In this document: positions 40,107-50,017 of the stretch, one piece after another
Layout: the number at the start of each line of letters is the position of its first letter
Position numbering within the stretch: the stretch's first letter is position 1
NCBI GenBank assembly: GCA_963718615.1
Contig: OY970368.1
Span: 4,512,001-4,576,000, forward strand
Reading direction: 5' to 3'
Origin: an uncultured cyanobacterium
GTDB lineage: Bacteria; Cyanobacteriota; Cyanobacteriia; PCC-9006; JAAUQQ01
DNA: 64,000 nucleotides
Notes under the pieces: model-generated
The model's input: only the letters and a program-made list of their open reading frames with translations
Databases searched by the model: none
What the model was told of the DNA's origin: nothing
Made by a program: the position numbers and the translations under genes

Positions 40107-41557
40107 AGCATTAGCTCCCAAAGTGGTAAAGTGATTGTGAACAAACTTCCCTTCCCCGGTTTTGAACGAAGATAAATTCGTCCTCCCATGCTCTCAACTA
40201 AGCTTTTAGAAATCGCTAATCCTAATCCTGTCCCATCCCTAGAGCGGATCATGGATTCATCCACCCGATAGAATCGTTCAAAAATTCGGTTTTGGTGAGC
40301 TAAGGAAATTCCGATACCGCGATCGCGCACATGAATAACTGCTTGTCGTTCTCTTTTGGTTAGAACCAGATCAACTCTTTGATCGGATGCAGAATATCTA
40401 ATCGCATTATCTAACAGATTAAGCAGTACTTGTTGCAATCGATCCTGGTCAGAATAAGCAGTAATATCATCTGTCGTTATTTGCACTCGAATACATCTAT
40501 TACTAACCTTTTTAGTCATTTCTGCGACCTCTACCACCATTGTATTTAATATCACTGGAGAGAGACGAAAGTGGACATGACCACTATCTAGTCGTGCTAA
40601 ATCAAGTAGATCTTGTAACATACGAATCGTACGTTCAGCTTCTGCAGAAGCAGTTGATATCGCTTGTTGCTGATGGGGGCTAAGATTATCACCCCTCCTT
40701 AATAGACTTTGAAGATAGCCTGCAATTATAGACAGAGGTGTTCTGAGTTCATGGGAGACGTTACCAACAAACTGTCGTTGTTGCTCCCATGAGCTTGATA
40801 GACGAACCAACATTTTGTTAAAGGCCTGTGCCAATCCCAAAATTTCATCCGGAGCGCTATGAAGTTCCAGTGTTGAACCTTTTAGCTCGTCAGCAGAAAC
40901 AGCACTAGCTATCTGACTCATTTGCTCTAGGGGCTGAAGTGCTCTACGAATACGTCGCGAGATCGCAATTATTGATAAGACAATTGCGGCTATGCTAACT
41001 ATCGTAAGATTGTAGATTCCTGCATTAAGTCGCTGCTGGTCATCTGTGATGTCCTTGAGGATATAAACCTGTCCAAGGGGATTACCATCAATAGTTAGAG
41101 GATTGCTACAGAGCACGACGTAGTGTTCACCAAAACGAACAACTGTAGGTTCTGCTGGAACTTCGTTTTGTGCCACTGTACTGATGACATCAGGGGAAGG
41201 AATATTAATTCCAGCAGAGCGAGACAGAATCTGTCCGTCAGAACTCTGCACCCAAATCAATAGTCCCGGTGTTGCAAGCTTGTTGATTGTCCGTGCTATG
41301 CCAGCTTCAACGGTCTCCCTCTGACGATAAAGTTCAACCTGCTCTGGAAAATGATCTGTGATATATTCTAGATTTTGCTTATGTGCATAAATCAGATTCT
41401 TTTCCATACGCCAACCAGCCCAAACCGTTACACTAGAGATTCCTACAAACGAGAGAGAAATCAACTCTAAGGTCAAGCGAAACTGTAACGACGTAAGAGA
41501 AATTTGTCCAACTCGTTCAATGGATAGATGAGTAATAAACCTTTGTAAGAGGTGCAA
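40103..41557 (-). CDS. Two-TM HAMP sensor histidine kinase
   Basis: VSHELRTPL, NLLDNAIRY, DRGIGI, GTGLGL. Confidence 0.95.
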   Translation of the reverse strand: MHLLQRFITHLSIERVGQISLTSLQFRLTLELISLSFVGISSVTVWAGWRMEKNLIYAHKQNLEYITDHFPEQVELYRQRETVEAGIARTINKLATPGLLIWVQSSDGQILSRSAGINIPSPDVISTVAQNEVPAEPTVVRFGEHYVVLCSNPLTIDGNPLGQVYILKDITDDQQRLNAGIYNLTIVSIAAIVLSIIAISRRIRRALQPLEQMSQIASAVSADELKGSTLELHSAPDEILGLAQAFNKMLVRLSSSWEQQRQFVGNVSHELRTPLSIIAGYLQSLLRRGDNLSPHQQQAISTASAEAERTIRMLQDLLDLARLDSGHVHFRLSPVILNTMVVEVAEMTKKVSNRCIRVQITTDDITAYSDQDRLQQVLLNLLDNAIRYSASDQRVDLVLTKRERQAVIHVRDRGIGISLAHQNRIFERFYRVDESMIRSRDGTGLGLAISKSLVESMGGRIYLRSKPGKGSLFTITLPLWELML

Positions 41558-41740
41558 GATGTTTCTCTATGCATTAGTTTCATTAATCGTAGTATACGAG
41601 CAAAACCTAATTTCTGTCTAGATGAATCTGTCTTGAATTAGATCTAGGGTAACAAACCAGATCCTTGAAGTTATACATTGAAAGATTGAAGCCAAGAAAA
41701 TAGGGGTTTTCAGCAAAAACTTAGGCATTATCTATCAAAT

Positions 41741-41759
41741 TTTCATCTCCTACTCATTT
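41741..41759. promoter_or_regulatory. Possible OmpR-type direct-repeat operator (TCAT-N7-TCAT)
   Basis: tttcatctcctactcattt, 11-bp period, just upstream of the redox operon. Confidence 0.4.
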
Positions 41760-41816
41760 TTCTGGATTGTAATGAAGAGCGTCAAGATAAGTTATCTTCT
41801 GTTTCTGGAAATTCAA

Positions 41817-42323
41817 ATGCCTCAGTTTTCAAGATTATGGATCCGTCTGTTTTTAGCTGGTCTTACAGGCGCAGCACTAATCGTTGTTTCAGCATCTGTT
41901 GTAATCACAGCAACGCCAACCCAGGCAACCGCTCAGAATAATCCCTGTGCTGCTAAAAAAGGAGCCAATGTCGGAGGCCCCTTAGCCAAAGAATTACGGG
42001 GTAAGCCCGTTGTCGTTGACATCTACGCAAGCTGGTGTCCCGCTTGCAAAAATATTGCGCCAACGCTCTCGCGGCTACAGGAAGATTACGATGGAAAAGC
42101 TCATTTTATTGTGTTAGATGTCAGCGACAAGTCTAAGGCTCGTCAGGCAGAGGCTAGAGCTAAGCAGTTGGGGCTGGACAAATTTTTTGCTGCCCACAAA
42201 TCCCAAACTGGCCTAGTTGCCATCATCGATCCAGCAACAGGTGATATTTTGGCACAACATCGTAATAACCCGACAAAATCTGCCTATAGCTCTGTGCTCA
42301 ACGCTGCGATCGCCAAGAAGTAA
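41817..42323 (+). CDS. Exported thioredoxin-family protein
   Basis: Signal peptide, NPCAAK motif, DIYASWCPAC. Confidence 0.88.
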   Translation: MPQFSRLWIRLFLAGLTGAALIVVSASVVITATPTQATAQNNPCAAKKGANVGGPLAKELRGKPVVVDIYASWCPACKNIAPTLSRLQEDYDGKAHFIVLDVSDKSKARQAEARAKQLGLDKFFAAHKSQTGLVAIIDPATGDILAQHRNNPTKSAYSSVLNAAIAKK

Positions 42324-42363
42324 AAGGTATACATTAATCTTCAATTTGGATTAGGAGGTCATT

Positions 42364-43224
42364 GTGGCTAACTCCTCTCAATCTCCAAGTGAGGGCAAGC
42401 CAGTACGCAGAATGAAACGATTTAAAGGATTTAGAAAATGGCTACTTTATAGTGGATTAGGAGTTCTTGCACTGATCATTGTCCTTACCCTAGGTCCTGT
42501 GATTAGCCATCCTATCGAACAGGTTATTTCTATTGTGGAGAACCGCTATCAACAGTGGTTCTCTCAACAGGATACAGCTAATCCTTTGGTGCTGTTGCCC
42601 TTAGCCTTTTTGGGTGGAGTTTTAGCGAGTGTATCGCCTTGCATTTTAGCGCTATTACCCGTTAACCTAAGCTACATTGGCACTTTGAAAATTAAATCTC
42701 GTTGGGACGCATTTACTAAAGCAGGGATGTTTGTGTTGGGAGCCATTACGATTTTAAGCCTATTTGGTTTGGTTTCCTCCTTTGCCGGAGCCGTCATGGT
42801 TGAGTACCGAGGCTACATCAATTGTGTTGTAGGGCTAATTATGCTTCTAATGGGGCTCTGGTTAATTGGGATCATCAAAATTCCTCTTCCTGAGATGGAA
42901 GTCAATCTACCCCCAGCAGGTCCCTATGGTGTTGGCTTAACCTTTGCCTTAGTCAGCTCTCCCTGTGCAAGTCCAGTTTTATTTGCAGTACTGGCGGCGG
43001 CAGCGGCTACCGGCTCTCAGCTTTTAGGGACATTGACAATGGTTAGCTATGCCTTGGGATATACCATTCTCATTTTTCTTGCTAGCTTGTTTACTGGGCT
43101 AGCCAAACAAAGCAACCGGTTGCTGAAGCATTCTGAAGGAGTTATTCGTTTTGGTACCGTTGCACTGATGATTACGGGAGCATATTACCTCTTTACAGGC
43201 ACACAATGGTTTATAGGAGGCTAA
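42364..43224 (+). CDS. ccdA: CcdA/DsbD-type transmembrane electron transporter
   Basis: [11 protein letters not shown] and SSPCASPVL; GGAGG RBS. Confidence 0.9.
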   Translation: MANSSQSPSEGKPVRRMKRFKGFRKWLLYSGLGVLALIIVLTLGPVISHPIEQVISIVENRYQQWFSQQDTANPLVLLPLAFLGGVLASVSPCILALLPVNLSYIGTLKIKSRWDAFTKAGMFVLGAITILSLFGLVSSFAGAVMVEYRGYINCVVGLIMLLMGLWLIGIIKIPLPEMEVNLPPAGPYGVGLTFALVSSPCASPVLFAVLAAAAATGSQLLGTLTMVSYALGYTILIFLASLFTGLAKQSNRLLKHSEGVIRFGTVALMITGAYYLFTGTQWFIGG

Positions 43225-43228
43225 GTCG

Positions 43229-44194
43229 ATGCAGGTTGAAAATCTAGTTATTATTGGCTCAGGGCCAGCAGGTTATACGGCGGCTATCTATGCCGGACGT
43301 GCTCAGCTTAGCCCCATTGTCTTTGAGGGATTTGAAGCAGGGGGGGTGCCTGGTGGCCAGTTGATGACAACAACCAACGTAGAAAACTTTCCAGCTTTTC
43401 CCAAAGGGATTCAGGGTCCAAAGCTCATGGCTCAGATGCGTCAGCAAGCAAAGCGGTGGGGGGCTCAGTTGATTACCGATGATGTGGTTAGTGTCGATCT
43501 CAAGCAGCGACCTTTTACGATTGATTCTGCGGATCAATCGGTCAAGGCCCATGCCGTGATCATTTCTACTGGAGCAATGGCAAAACGATTGTATCTACCT
43601 GGAGAAGAGCTTTTTTGGAACAATGGTATCTCCGCTTGTGCTATTTGTGATGGTGCTAGTCCTTTATTTCAAGGTACTGAAGTTGCTGTTGTGGGTGGTG
43701 GAGACTCCGCTGTAGAAGAAGCATTGTATCTAACCAAATATGCACAAAAAATTCATGTGTTAGTGCGTCGCGATCGTCTACGGGCTTCAAAAACGATGCA
43801 AGACCGACTATTGAATCACCCTCAAATCCAAATTCACTGGAACTGTATTCCACTAAGTACCCATGGTAATGAGGTACTCAATTGGATTCGGATTCAGGAC
43901 AGGATCACGCAAGCTGTGTCTGAATTGGCCGTCAGTGGATTGTTTTACGCCATTGGCCACATCCCAAATACCCAACTTTTTCAAGGACAATTGAGCTTGA
44001 ATTCAGCAGGCTATATTCGTACTGAGGGAAAAAGTACTGCGACTCATATTCCTGGGGTTTGGGCTGCTGGCGATGTTCAAGATTCCCATTATCGACAGGC
44101 AATAACCGCTGCTGGAACAGGTTGTATGGCAGCACTCGAAGCTGAACGATGGTTGGCAGAACGATCATACTGTCGGGAATTGTCTCTAATATAA
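43229..44194 (+). CDS. trxB: NADPH thioredoxin reductase
   Basis: [35 protein letters not shown]. Confidence 0.95.
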   Translation: MQVENLVIIGSGPAGYTAAIYAGRAQLSPIVFEGFEAGGVPGGQLMTTTNVENFPAFPKGIQGPKLMAQMRQQAKRWGAQLITDDVVSVDLKQRPFTIDSADQSVKAHAVIISTGAMAKRLYLPGEELFWNNGISACAICDGASPLFQGTEVAVVGGGDSAVEEALYLTKYAQKIHVLVRRDRLRASKTMQDRLLNHPQIQIHWNCIPLSTHGNEVLNWIRIQDRITQAVSELAVSGLFYAIGHIPNTQLFQGQLSLNSAGYIRTEGKSTATHIPGVWAAGDVQDSHYRQAITAAGTGCMAALEAERWLAERSYCRELSLI

Positions 44195-44241
44195 CCTCAA
44201 TCCTTTCTTTCACTTCCTCACTATTCTAGGAGAACGATATC

Positions 44242-44586
44242 GTGTCACAGTCTCAAACGAATCATCCGCTTATCGTTGAAGGGCATGAAGTCCTTACAAA
44301 ATTGCAACAAGCCCCTGAAAAACTAATTCTCGTTAAATTTATTGCGCCCTACTGTCCCTCCTGTGAAACTTTAGCCCCTGTGCTTCAACAGTTTGTCATA
44401 GATCAAGTAGATCAAGTGCATCTAGTAAGCATAGATATGACTGAGGAGCCTGAATTAGCAATGGCTTTAGGCGTAAGAAGTGCTCCGACAGTTATTCTAT
44501 TTAGGGGAAAAGATATCCTAGATAAAATTGTTGGTCTCAAGCCAAAGAAGTTCTATGACGAGGCCATTCAAAGAGTTCTCTCATAG
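44242..44586 (+). CDS. Thioredoxin with atypical YCPSC active site
   Basis: VKFIAPYCPSC, GVRSAPT. Confidence 0.88.
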   Translation: MSQSQTNHPLIVEGHEVLTKLQQAPEKLILVKFIAPYCPSCETLAPVLQQFVIDQVDQVHLVSIDMTEEPELAMALGVRSAPTVILFRGKDILDKIVGLKPKKFYDEAIQRVLS

Positions 44587-44643
44587 ATTCTGGTGTCATC
44601 TTAATGGTTCTTTGATTGTCTATAAATTTCCGAGAAAATCGCC

Positions 44644-45297
44644 ATGAGTCTAACTGATGATTTGGCCCACTTGTCTGCCCACAACCGCTCGATGCTTCCA
44701 GAAGATACTCAAAATATTATGGAGCAAGCTGGAATTGATTTGATAAATTCAGGGATTAGCGATCGCGCTCTCCAAGCAGGAGATACAATTCCACGTATTA
44801 TTCTACCCAATGCAACTGGTCAATTGATTGATGTTCAAGCACTCTTAAAATCAGGCCCAGTAGTGCTCTCATTCTATCGTGGAGTTTGGTGTCCCTATTG
44901 CAATTTAGAGCTGAAGGCACTACAGCAAACTCTACCAGAAATCAAAGATTATGGTGGAACGCTAGTAGCCATATCTCCCCAAACCCCAGACAATTCACTC
45001 TCAGTCCTTGAGAAAAATGATTTGACTTTTGAAGTCCTGAGTGATCTGGGAAATCAAGTGGCACATCAATTTGGCCTTGTCTTTACTGTCCCGGAAAGGC
45101 TTCGTCCCATTTATCAAGGGTTGGGTATTGATCTTCCTGTGACGAATGGAGATAACACCTTTCAGTTACCTATTCCAGCGACCTATGTAGTCAATCGTGA
45201 TGGTGTTATTCTTCATGCATTTGTTAATGCCGACTATACTCAAAGGCAAGATCCCAAAGAAATCATCATGATACTCAAAGGAGCAATGCGTTTATGA
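44644..45297 (+). CDS. Peroxiredoxin-like (AhpC/TSA, PRX-like2) protein
   Basis: [27 protein letters not shown]. Confidence 0.9.
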   Translation: MSLTDDLAHLSAHNRSMLPEDTQNIMEQAGIDLINSGISDRALQAGDTIPRIILPNATGQLIDVQALLKSGPVVLSFYRGVWCPYCNLELKALQQTLPEIKDYGGTLVAISPQTPDNSLSVLEKNDLTFEVLSDLGNQVAHQFGLVFTVPERLRPIYQGLGIDLPVTNGDNTFQLPIPATYVVNRDGVILHAFVNADYTQRQDPKEIIMILKGAMRL

Positions 45298-45917
45298 AAC
45301 CTCACTATCGAGTTGCTATTTTTGGCTCGGCACGGATCAAATCAGAAGATCCGGAATATAGTGATGTCTTTAATATTGCCCAAGGCTTAGCACAGTTGGG
45401 ATTTGATATTGTCACTGGAGGAGGACCAGGATTAATGGAGGCAGCCAATGCTGGACATAAAAGTCTTGCATCTAATGTCTATTCGATTGGTTTGAATATT
45501 AAGCTTCCCCATGAACAAAATCCCAATCAATATCTCGACATCAACAAAGACTTTGATAAGTTTAGCGAAAGATTAGACACGTTCATGTCCCTTTCAGACG
45601 TCGTCGTGGTTGCACCGGGTGGAGTTGGGACAATGCTTGAACTGTTCTACACTTGGCAGCTTATGCAGGTTCATCACATTTGTGAAACTCCCATTATTCT
45701 CTTTGGTGAGATCTGGACAACTTTGATAGATTGGTTACAAACAGAGGTTTTAGAGAGACAATTATTTTCCTACAATGATTTTAATCATATCTTCCATGTA
45801 AAATCAGTTCACGAAGTGCTTGATCTGATTGAGAAAATTCATTGCGATCGCTTCAAGATGGAGCACGTCTGTGTCAATTACTCTAAATATCGCATGGAAT
45901 TCAATTTGGCACCTTAA
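45294..45917 (+). CDS. LOG-family nucleotide monophosphate phosphoribohydrolase
   Basis: [26 protein letters not shown]; 4-bp overlap with the upstream gene. Confidence 0.9.
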   Translation: MKPHYRVAIFGSARIKSEDPEYSDVFNIAQGLAQLGFDIVTGGGPGLMEAANAGHKSLASNVYSIGLNIKLPHEQNPNQYLDINKDFDKFSERLDTFMSLSDVVVVAPGGVGTMLELFYTWQLMQVHHICETPIILFGEIWTTLIDWLQTEVLERQLFSYNDFNHIFHVKSVHEVLDLIEKIHCDRFKMEHVCVNYSKYRMEFNLAP

Positions 45918-45987
45918 GTCAGATGTTAGCTTAAAAATTCCTAAGAAACATCACAGCATTAGTGCATAGTCAATCGAATAAATCGTC

Positions 45988-47013
45988 ATGAAAAATTTGA
46001 AAAGATCTACTGGATTTATAGTGTCTGTAAGTACTTTTGCAATTTTTCTTTCTATCCTTCAATCTGGGGGATGGGAAAACTTTAAACTACAAAATTTTGC
46101 GCTCGCTCAAACCTTAAATCCTAAAAATAAAGATTTAGAAGATTTACGCAAACAGAATCTCAATGGTGAGGTTGAGGCCCGCATCAACCTTGAAGAATTG
46201 ATGAGTGGAGGAATCCCCAGGGATGGAATTCCAAGTATTGACTCCCCACAGTTCGATAGTTCTACTACAATCCCCTTTCGCGATCATGATTGGGTGATTG
46301 GTGTCGTCGTAAATGGCGAAGCCAAGGCTTATCCCTTCAATGTGATGAACTGGCATGAAATTGTCAATGATACTATCGGAGGGGTAAATATTACAGTCTC
46401 TTATTGTCCCCTGTGTGACACCAATATTGTCTTTGAGCGAAATGATACAACCTTTGGGGTATTTGGCAAGCTCTATCAAAGTTGCTTAGTCATGTACAAT
46501 CGAGCTGATGATACGCTCTACGCACAACCTTGGGCGATTGGAGTTGTCGGCCCTCAAATCAATCAATCCCTCAAGCGTATTCCGTCGGTCAAAACAACGT
46601 TGTCTGATTGGAGGAAAAAACATCCTAATAGCCAGATTCTCTCCACTCGAACAGGGCATAAACGGAATTATCAAGATTATCCCTATGGCACCTATTATAC
46701 CGACGAGAAAATTATATTTCCAGTGCGAAATCAAGAACAACAACAGTTGCATCCAAAAGCGATCGTTAGCTATATCTGGCAATCAGATAGTCAAACACCT
46801 CACAATCAATTTTCAGGTGATAGCCAGATGCTCGTTCACGAGGAAATTCGACAGAGAGGGACTCAGGAGGTTGAATTTGCGGGGCGGAAAGTTCGTGGAC
46901 GTTGGGATGAAGCGTTATCTACTGTGATCGTAGAAGAGCTTGATGGTACAATAATCCCTAGCACGACAGCATTTGCATTTGTATATCCGGCCTATTTTGG
47001 CCCTTCATTGTAA
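45988..47013 (+). CDS. DUF3179 family exported CxxC protein
   Basis: GGIPRDGIPSID, KAYP, HEIVND, SYCPLC, FGVxGKLY. Confidence 0.88.
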   Translation: MKNLKRSTGFIVSVSTFAIFLSILQSGGWENFKLQNFALAQTLNPKNKDLEDLRKQNLNGEVEARINLEELMSGGIPRDGIPSIDSPQFDSSTTIPFRDHDWVIGVVVNGEAKAYPFNVMNWHEIVNDTIGGVNITVSYCPLCDTNIVFERNDTTFGVFGKLYQSCLVMYNRADDTLYAQPWAIGVVGPQINQSLKRIPSVKTTLSDWRKKHPNSQILSTRTGHKRNYQDYPYGTYYTDEKIIFPVRNQEQQQLHPKAIVSYIWQSDSQTPHNQFSGDSQMLVHEEIRQRGTQEVEFAGRKVRGRWDEALSTVIVEELDGTIIPSTTAFAFVYPAYFGPSL

Positions 47014-47030
47014 GTAGAGAGTGATAGTCT

Positions 47031-47249
47031 GTGGCAATTCCTACTCCGCATTTTCGTCGTTCACTACGTCTACAGCAGTATGGACTCGCACTCCGTGTTG
47101 CACTAATTGTTGGTTCAGTTCTGTTTACCATTAACCATGGTCAAGCGCTATTCAATCGAAGCATGAATCGAGATCGCTGGGTCTCAGGTTTATTAAGCTA
47201 CTGCGTTCCATTTCTCGTGAGTCTGCATGGACAACGGCAGGGGAAATAG
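47031..47249 (+). CDS. NrtS-like small two-TM protein
   Basis: ALRVALIVGSVLFTINHG...SYCVPFLVSLHG. Confidence 0.75.
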   Translation: MAIPTPHFRRSLRLQQYGLALRVALIVGSVLFTINHGQALFNRSMNRDRWVSGLLSYCVPFLVSLHGQRQGK

Positions 47250-47387
47250 CGGCGATATCGATCTTAACCGGTCTCGCTGCGATCGCCCTATCCAGAAAAC
47301 TTCGGTATTTTTTAATCTATCACTCATTTAGCAACCGAGAGATTCCGCTAGGATTGAAGGCTATTGCTTTCTATTGCCTTAATCAGG

Positions 47388-48326
47388 ATGCTCAAGAAAA
47401 ATTGCTGGTTGCAAGGACTTCTGTTTGGACTGATTGCCATGTTCTTTGTCGTGGCTTGCACGCCAACGACAACCCGGAATACCGGTAGCGACCCAAGCAC
47501 AAACGCTTCTCCCGCTAATGCGTTGACTCGATTGAAGTTTGGCGTTGGTCCTTACTTTCCGACTCCGAACGAAAACCGGAACCAATTTGAGCCATTGTTC
47601 AACCAACTTGCCGAGCAATTGCAATTACCTGCTGAAGTGACTGTTGCAGATGACTGGATTGGCATTTCTGAGGCGTTACGATCGCGCACGCTAGACGTGG
47701 CCTGGTTAGGTCCTTGGGGCTATGTCTTGGCCAAGCATAATGATCCCTCGCTGCAAGCGATTGCCACAGTCCAATACAAGGATAAACCCACCTACTATTC
47801 CGTTCTCATGGCGCGGGCTGATGCGCCGTTTGATACCCTGGATGAGGCGATCGCCCAGAGTCAGCAAGGCAACAAACTCAAATTGAGTTTGGCCGATGTC
47901 GGATCAACATCCGGTTGGCTCATTCCCCAAGCGGAATTTAAGCAGCGCAATCTCGATCCCAAAACGGTCTTTGACTACAGTGAAGGGGCAAGTCATGCCG
48001 CCCAAGCGATCGCAGTGTTGAGTGATCAAGTGGATATTGCATCTGATTACGATCGCAATCTAGACGTTTTGAGCGATACAGGAAAAATTGATAAGAGTAA
48101 ACTCAAAATCATCTGGCAATCCGCTCCCCTGCCCAATGATCCAATTGTCGTGCGCGGTGAGTTTCCAGAAGCTATCCGCACGCAGCTACAAACCGCTCTA
48201 ACTAGTTTATCTTCAGAAGAGTCTAAAACTCTATTGCCGCCAAATTACACGGGTTTTGTGGTTTCGGATGGAAGTAACTATGCCCCCATTGAAGCCGCAG
48301 GGAAATCGCTTGGAAAGTTGAAATAG
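47388..48326 (+). CDS. phnD: Phosphite/hypophosphite/phosphonate ABC substrate-binding lipoprotein (PhnD/HtxB family)
   Basis: Lipobox VVAC; WLGPWGYVL, D-x-GSTSGWLIP, LPND. Confidence 0.88.
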   Translation: MLKKNCWLQGLLFGLIAMFFVVACTPTTTRNTGSDPSTNASPANALTRLKFGVGPYFPTPNENRNQFEPLFNQLAEQLQLPAEVTVADDWIGISEALRSRTLDVAWLGPWGYVLAKHNDPSLQAIATVQYKDKPTYYSVLMARADAPFDTLDEAIAQSQQGNKLKLSLADVGSTSGWLIPQAEFKQRNLDPKTVFDYSEGASHAAQAIAVLSDQVDIASDYDRNLDVLSDTGKIDKSKLKIIWQSAPLPNDPIVVRGEFPEAIRTQLQTALTSLSSEESKTLLPPNYTGFVVSDGSNYAPIEAAGKSLGKLK

Positions 48327-48381
48327 ACCCAGATATACAATCAGATCTAACGATTGATGAACGCTGCACCACGGCTAATTC

Positions 48382-49230
48382 ATGCCTATTCATTCAAGAG
48401 ATCATTCTACTCCTTTGGAAACACTTGATTTGGAAGCACTGCTGGCGGCGGAGCAACGTCGACAAGGCGGTATTTGGCAATGGTTGCGCCAGGGCTTTGG
48501 TGGGGCTTTGGCGATCGCCCTCCTCGTTGCCAGTGCTCATACGGCCAAGGTAGATTTGCCCCAGTTTTGGCAGCGGATTCCCACCGTAGGGGAGTGGCTT
48601 GCTCGCCTTTTTCCCCCGGATTTTTCTGAGCTTCCTATTTTCTTGGTGGCAGTTTGGGAAACGTTGGCGATCGCCATCATCGGGACCGTTTGTGCCACGA
48701 TCGTTGCCCTTCCCTTGGCCCTTTTGGTAGCACGCAATATTACCCCGGCCCGTTGGTTGGCTACGCCTTTACGGGGTTTGCTGAATCTATTACGAGGGAT
48801 TGATACAGCAATTTTCGCGTTATTTTTTGTTTCGATTGTCGGTCTAGGTCCCTTTGCAGGGGCTTTGGGTGTAGCTTTTCATACCACTGGATCAATGGCA
48901 AAACTCTATGGTGAAGTGCTAGAATCCTTGCCTAGGGAACCGATTGAAGCCATTGAAATTACGGGGAGCGATCGCCTGCGCACCTTTGCTTTTGCGGTCT
49001 TACCGGAGGCATTACCAGGATTGATTGGTATTAGTTTGTATCTCTGGGAATTCAATGTTCGTTCTTCGGTGATCTTAGGCATTGTTGGAGCAGGGGGCAT
49101 TGGGTATGAACTGCTAGTCAGCCTTAAATTGCTTGATTTTCCTCGCCTTTGTACCATTTTGTTATTGATTTTAGCCATGGTCAGCTTGATTGATGCCCTC
49201 AGTGCCTATCTTCGCCAGAGATTACAATAA
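48382..49230 (+). CDS. phnE: PhnE-family ABC permease
   Basis: LFPPDFS, GLGPFAG, WEFNVRSSVILGIVGAGGIG. Confidence 0.92.
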   Translation: MPIHSRDHSTPLETLDLEALLAAEQRRQGGIWQWLRQGFGGALAIALLVASAHTAKVDLPQFWQRIPTVGEWLARLFPPDFSELPIFLVAVWETLAIAIIGTVCATIVALPLALLVARNITPARWLATPLRGLLNLLRGIDTAIFALFFVSIVGLGPFAGALGVAFHTTGSMAKLYGEVLESLPREPIEAIEITGSDRLRTFAFAVLPEALPGLIGISLYLWEFNVRSSVILGIVGAGGIGYELLVSLKLLDFPRLCTILLLILAMVSLIDALSAYLRQRLQ

Positions 49231-49231
49231 A

Positions 49232-49975
49232 ATGCTCACCGTTTCACACCTCACAAAATCCTATCAACGAGGCCATCTTGCCCTAGACAATCTTAGTTTT
49301 GAGATCAAACCCCATAGCTTTACTGCGGTTTTAGGACCCAGTGGAGCGGGAAAAACTACGTTATTTCGTTGTCTCCTCCAACTCATTCAACCCGATTCAG
49401 GAGAGGTGTATTTCCAAGGGCAAGATCTAACCCATTGCTCACCTTCCGAACTCCAAAAAGCCCGCATCCAAATTGCAACGATCGCCCAACAATTTAATTT
49501 GGTACGGCGACGCACCGCCCTGGAAAATTGTTTGGGGGGGCGTCTAGCCGAGTTACCGCTTTGGCGCTGTTTAACCAGTCAGTTTCCAGCCCCTTTATTA
49601 CGGGAAGGTCTCGCAGCGTTAGAACGGGTAAAACTGTTAGACGTAGCGTTTCAACGGGCCGATCGCCTTTCAGGAGGACAACAACAGCGGGTGGCGATCG
49701 CTCGCGCTCTCACCCAAAAGGCCCGTCTCATTCTAGCGGATGAACCGGTTGCCAGTCTTGACCCAGAAACCGCCCATGTAGTACTACAACTCCTGCGCTC
49801 CCTTTGCGACCAAGAGGGAATGACCCTTATCTGTAATCTGCATCAGGTGGAGTTGGCAACCCAGTATAGCGATCGAATTTTAGGCATTCATTCAGGCCAA
49901 TTGGTCCTAGATCTGCCCACCCATCAGTTGAGCAAGCGCGACATTGACTTAATCTATCAGTCCAAATCCTGCTGA
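49232..49975 (+). CDS. phnC: PhnC-family ABC ATPase
   Basis: GPSGAGKT, QQFNLV, LSGGQQQRV, ADEPVASLDP. Confidence 0.92.
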   Translation: MLTVSHLTKSYQRGHLALDNLSFEIKPHSFTAVLGPSGAGKTTLFRCLLQLIQPDSGEVYFQGQDLTHCSPSELQKARIQIATIAQQFNLVRRRTALENCLGGRLAELPLWRCLTSQFPAPLLREGLAALERVKLLDVAFQRADRLSGGQQQRVAIARALTQKARLILADEPVASLDPETAHVVLQLLRSLCDQEGMTLICNLHQVELATQYSDRILGIHSGQLVLDLPTHQLSKRDIDLIYQSKSC

Positions 49976-50017
49976 CAAAGGGGCAGAACCACCTGCGATA
50001 ATAGCAAAGCCCTTTCG

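Noticed and set aside
45988-47013. Selenocysteine recoding in DUF3179 or the other redox genes
   Set aside because: All CxxC motifs use Cys codons in open frames; there is no in-frame TGA.
47255-47390. Pho box upstream of phnD
   Set aside because: PyTTAAPyPy half-sites (47263, 47311, 47378) are scattered, not in an 11-bp tandem array.
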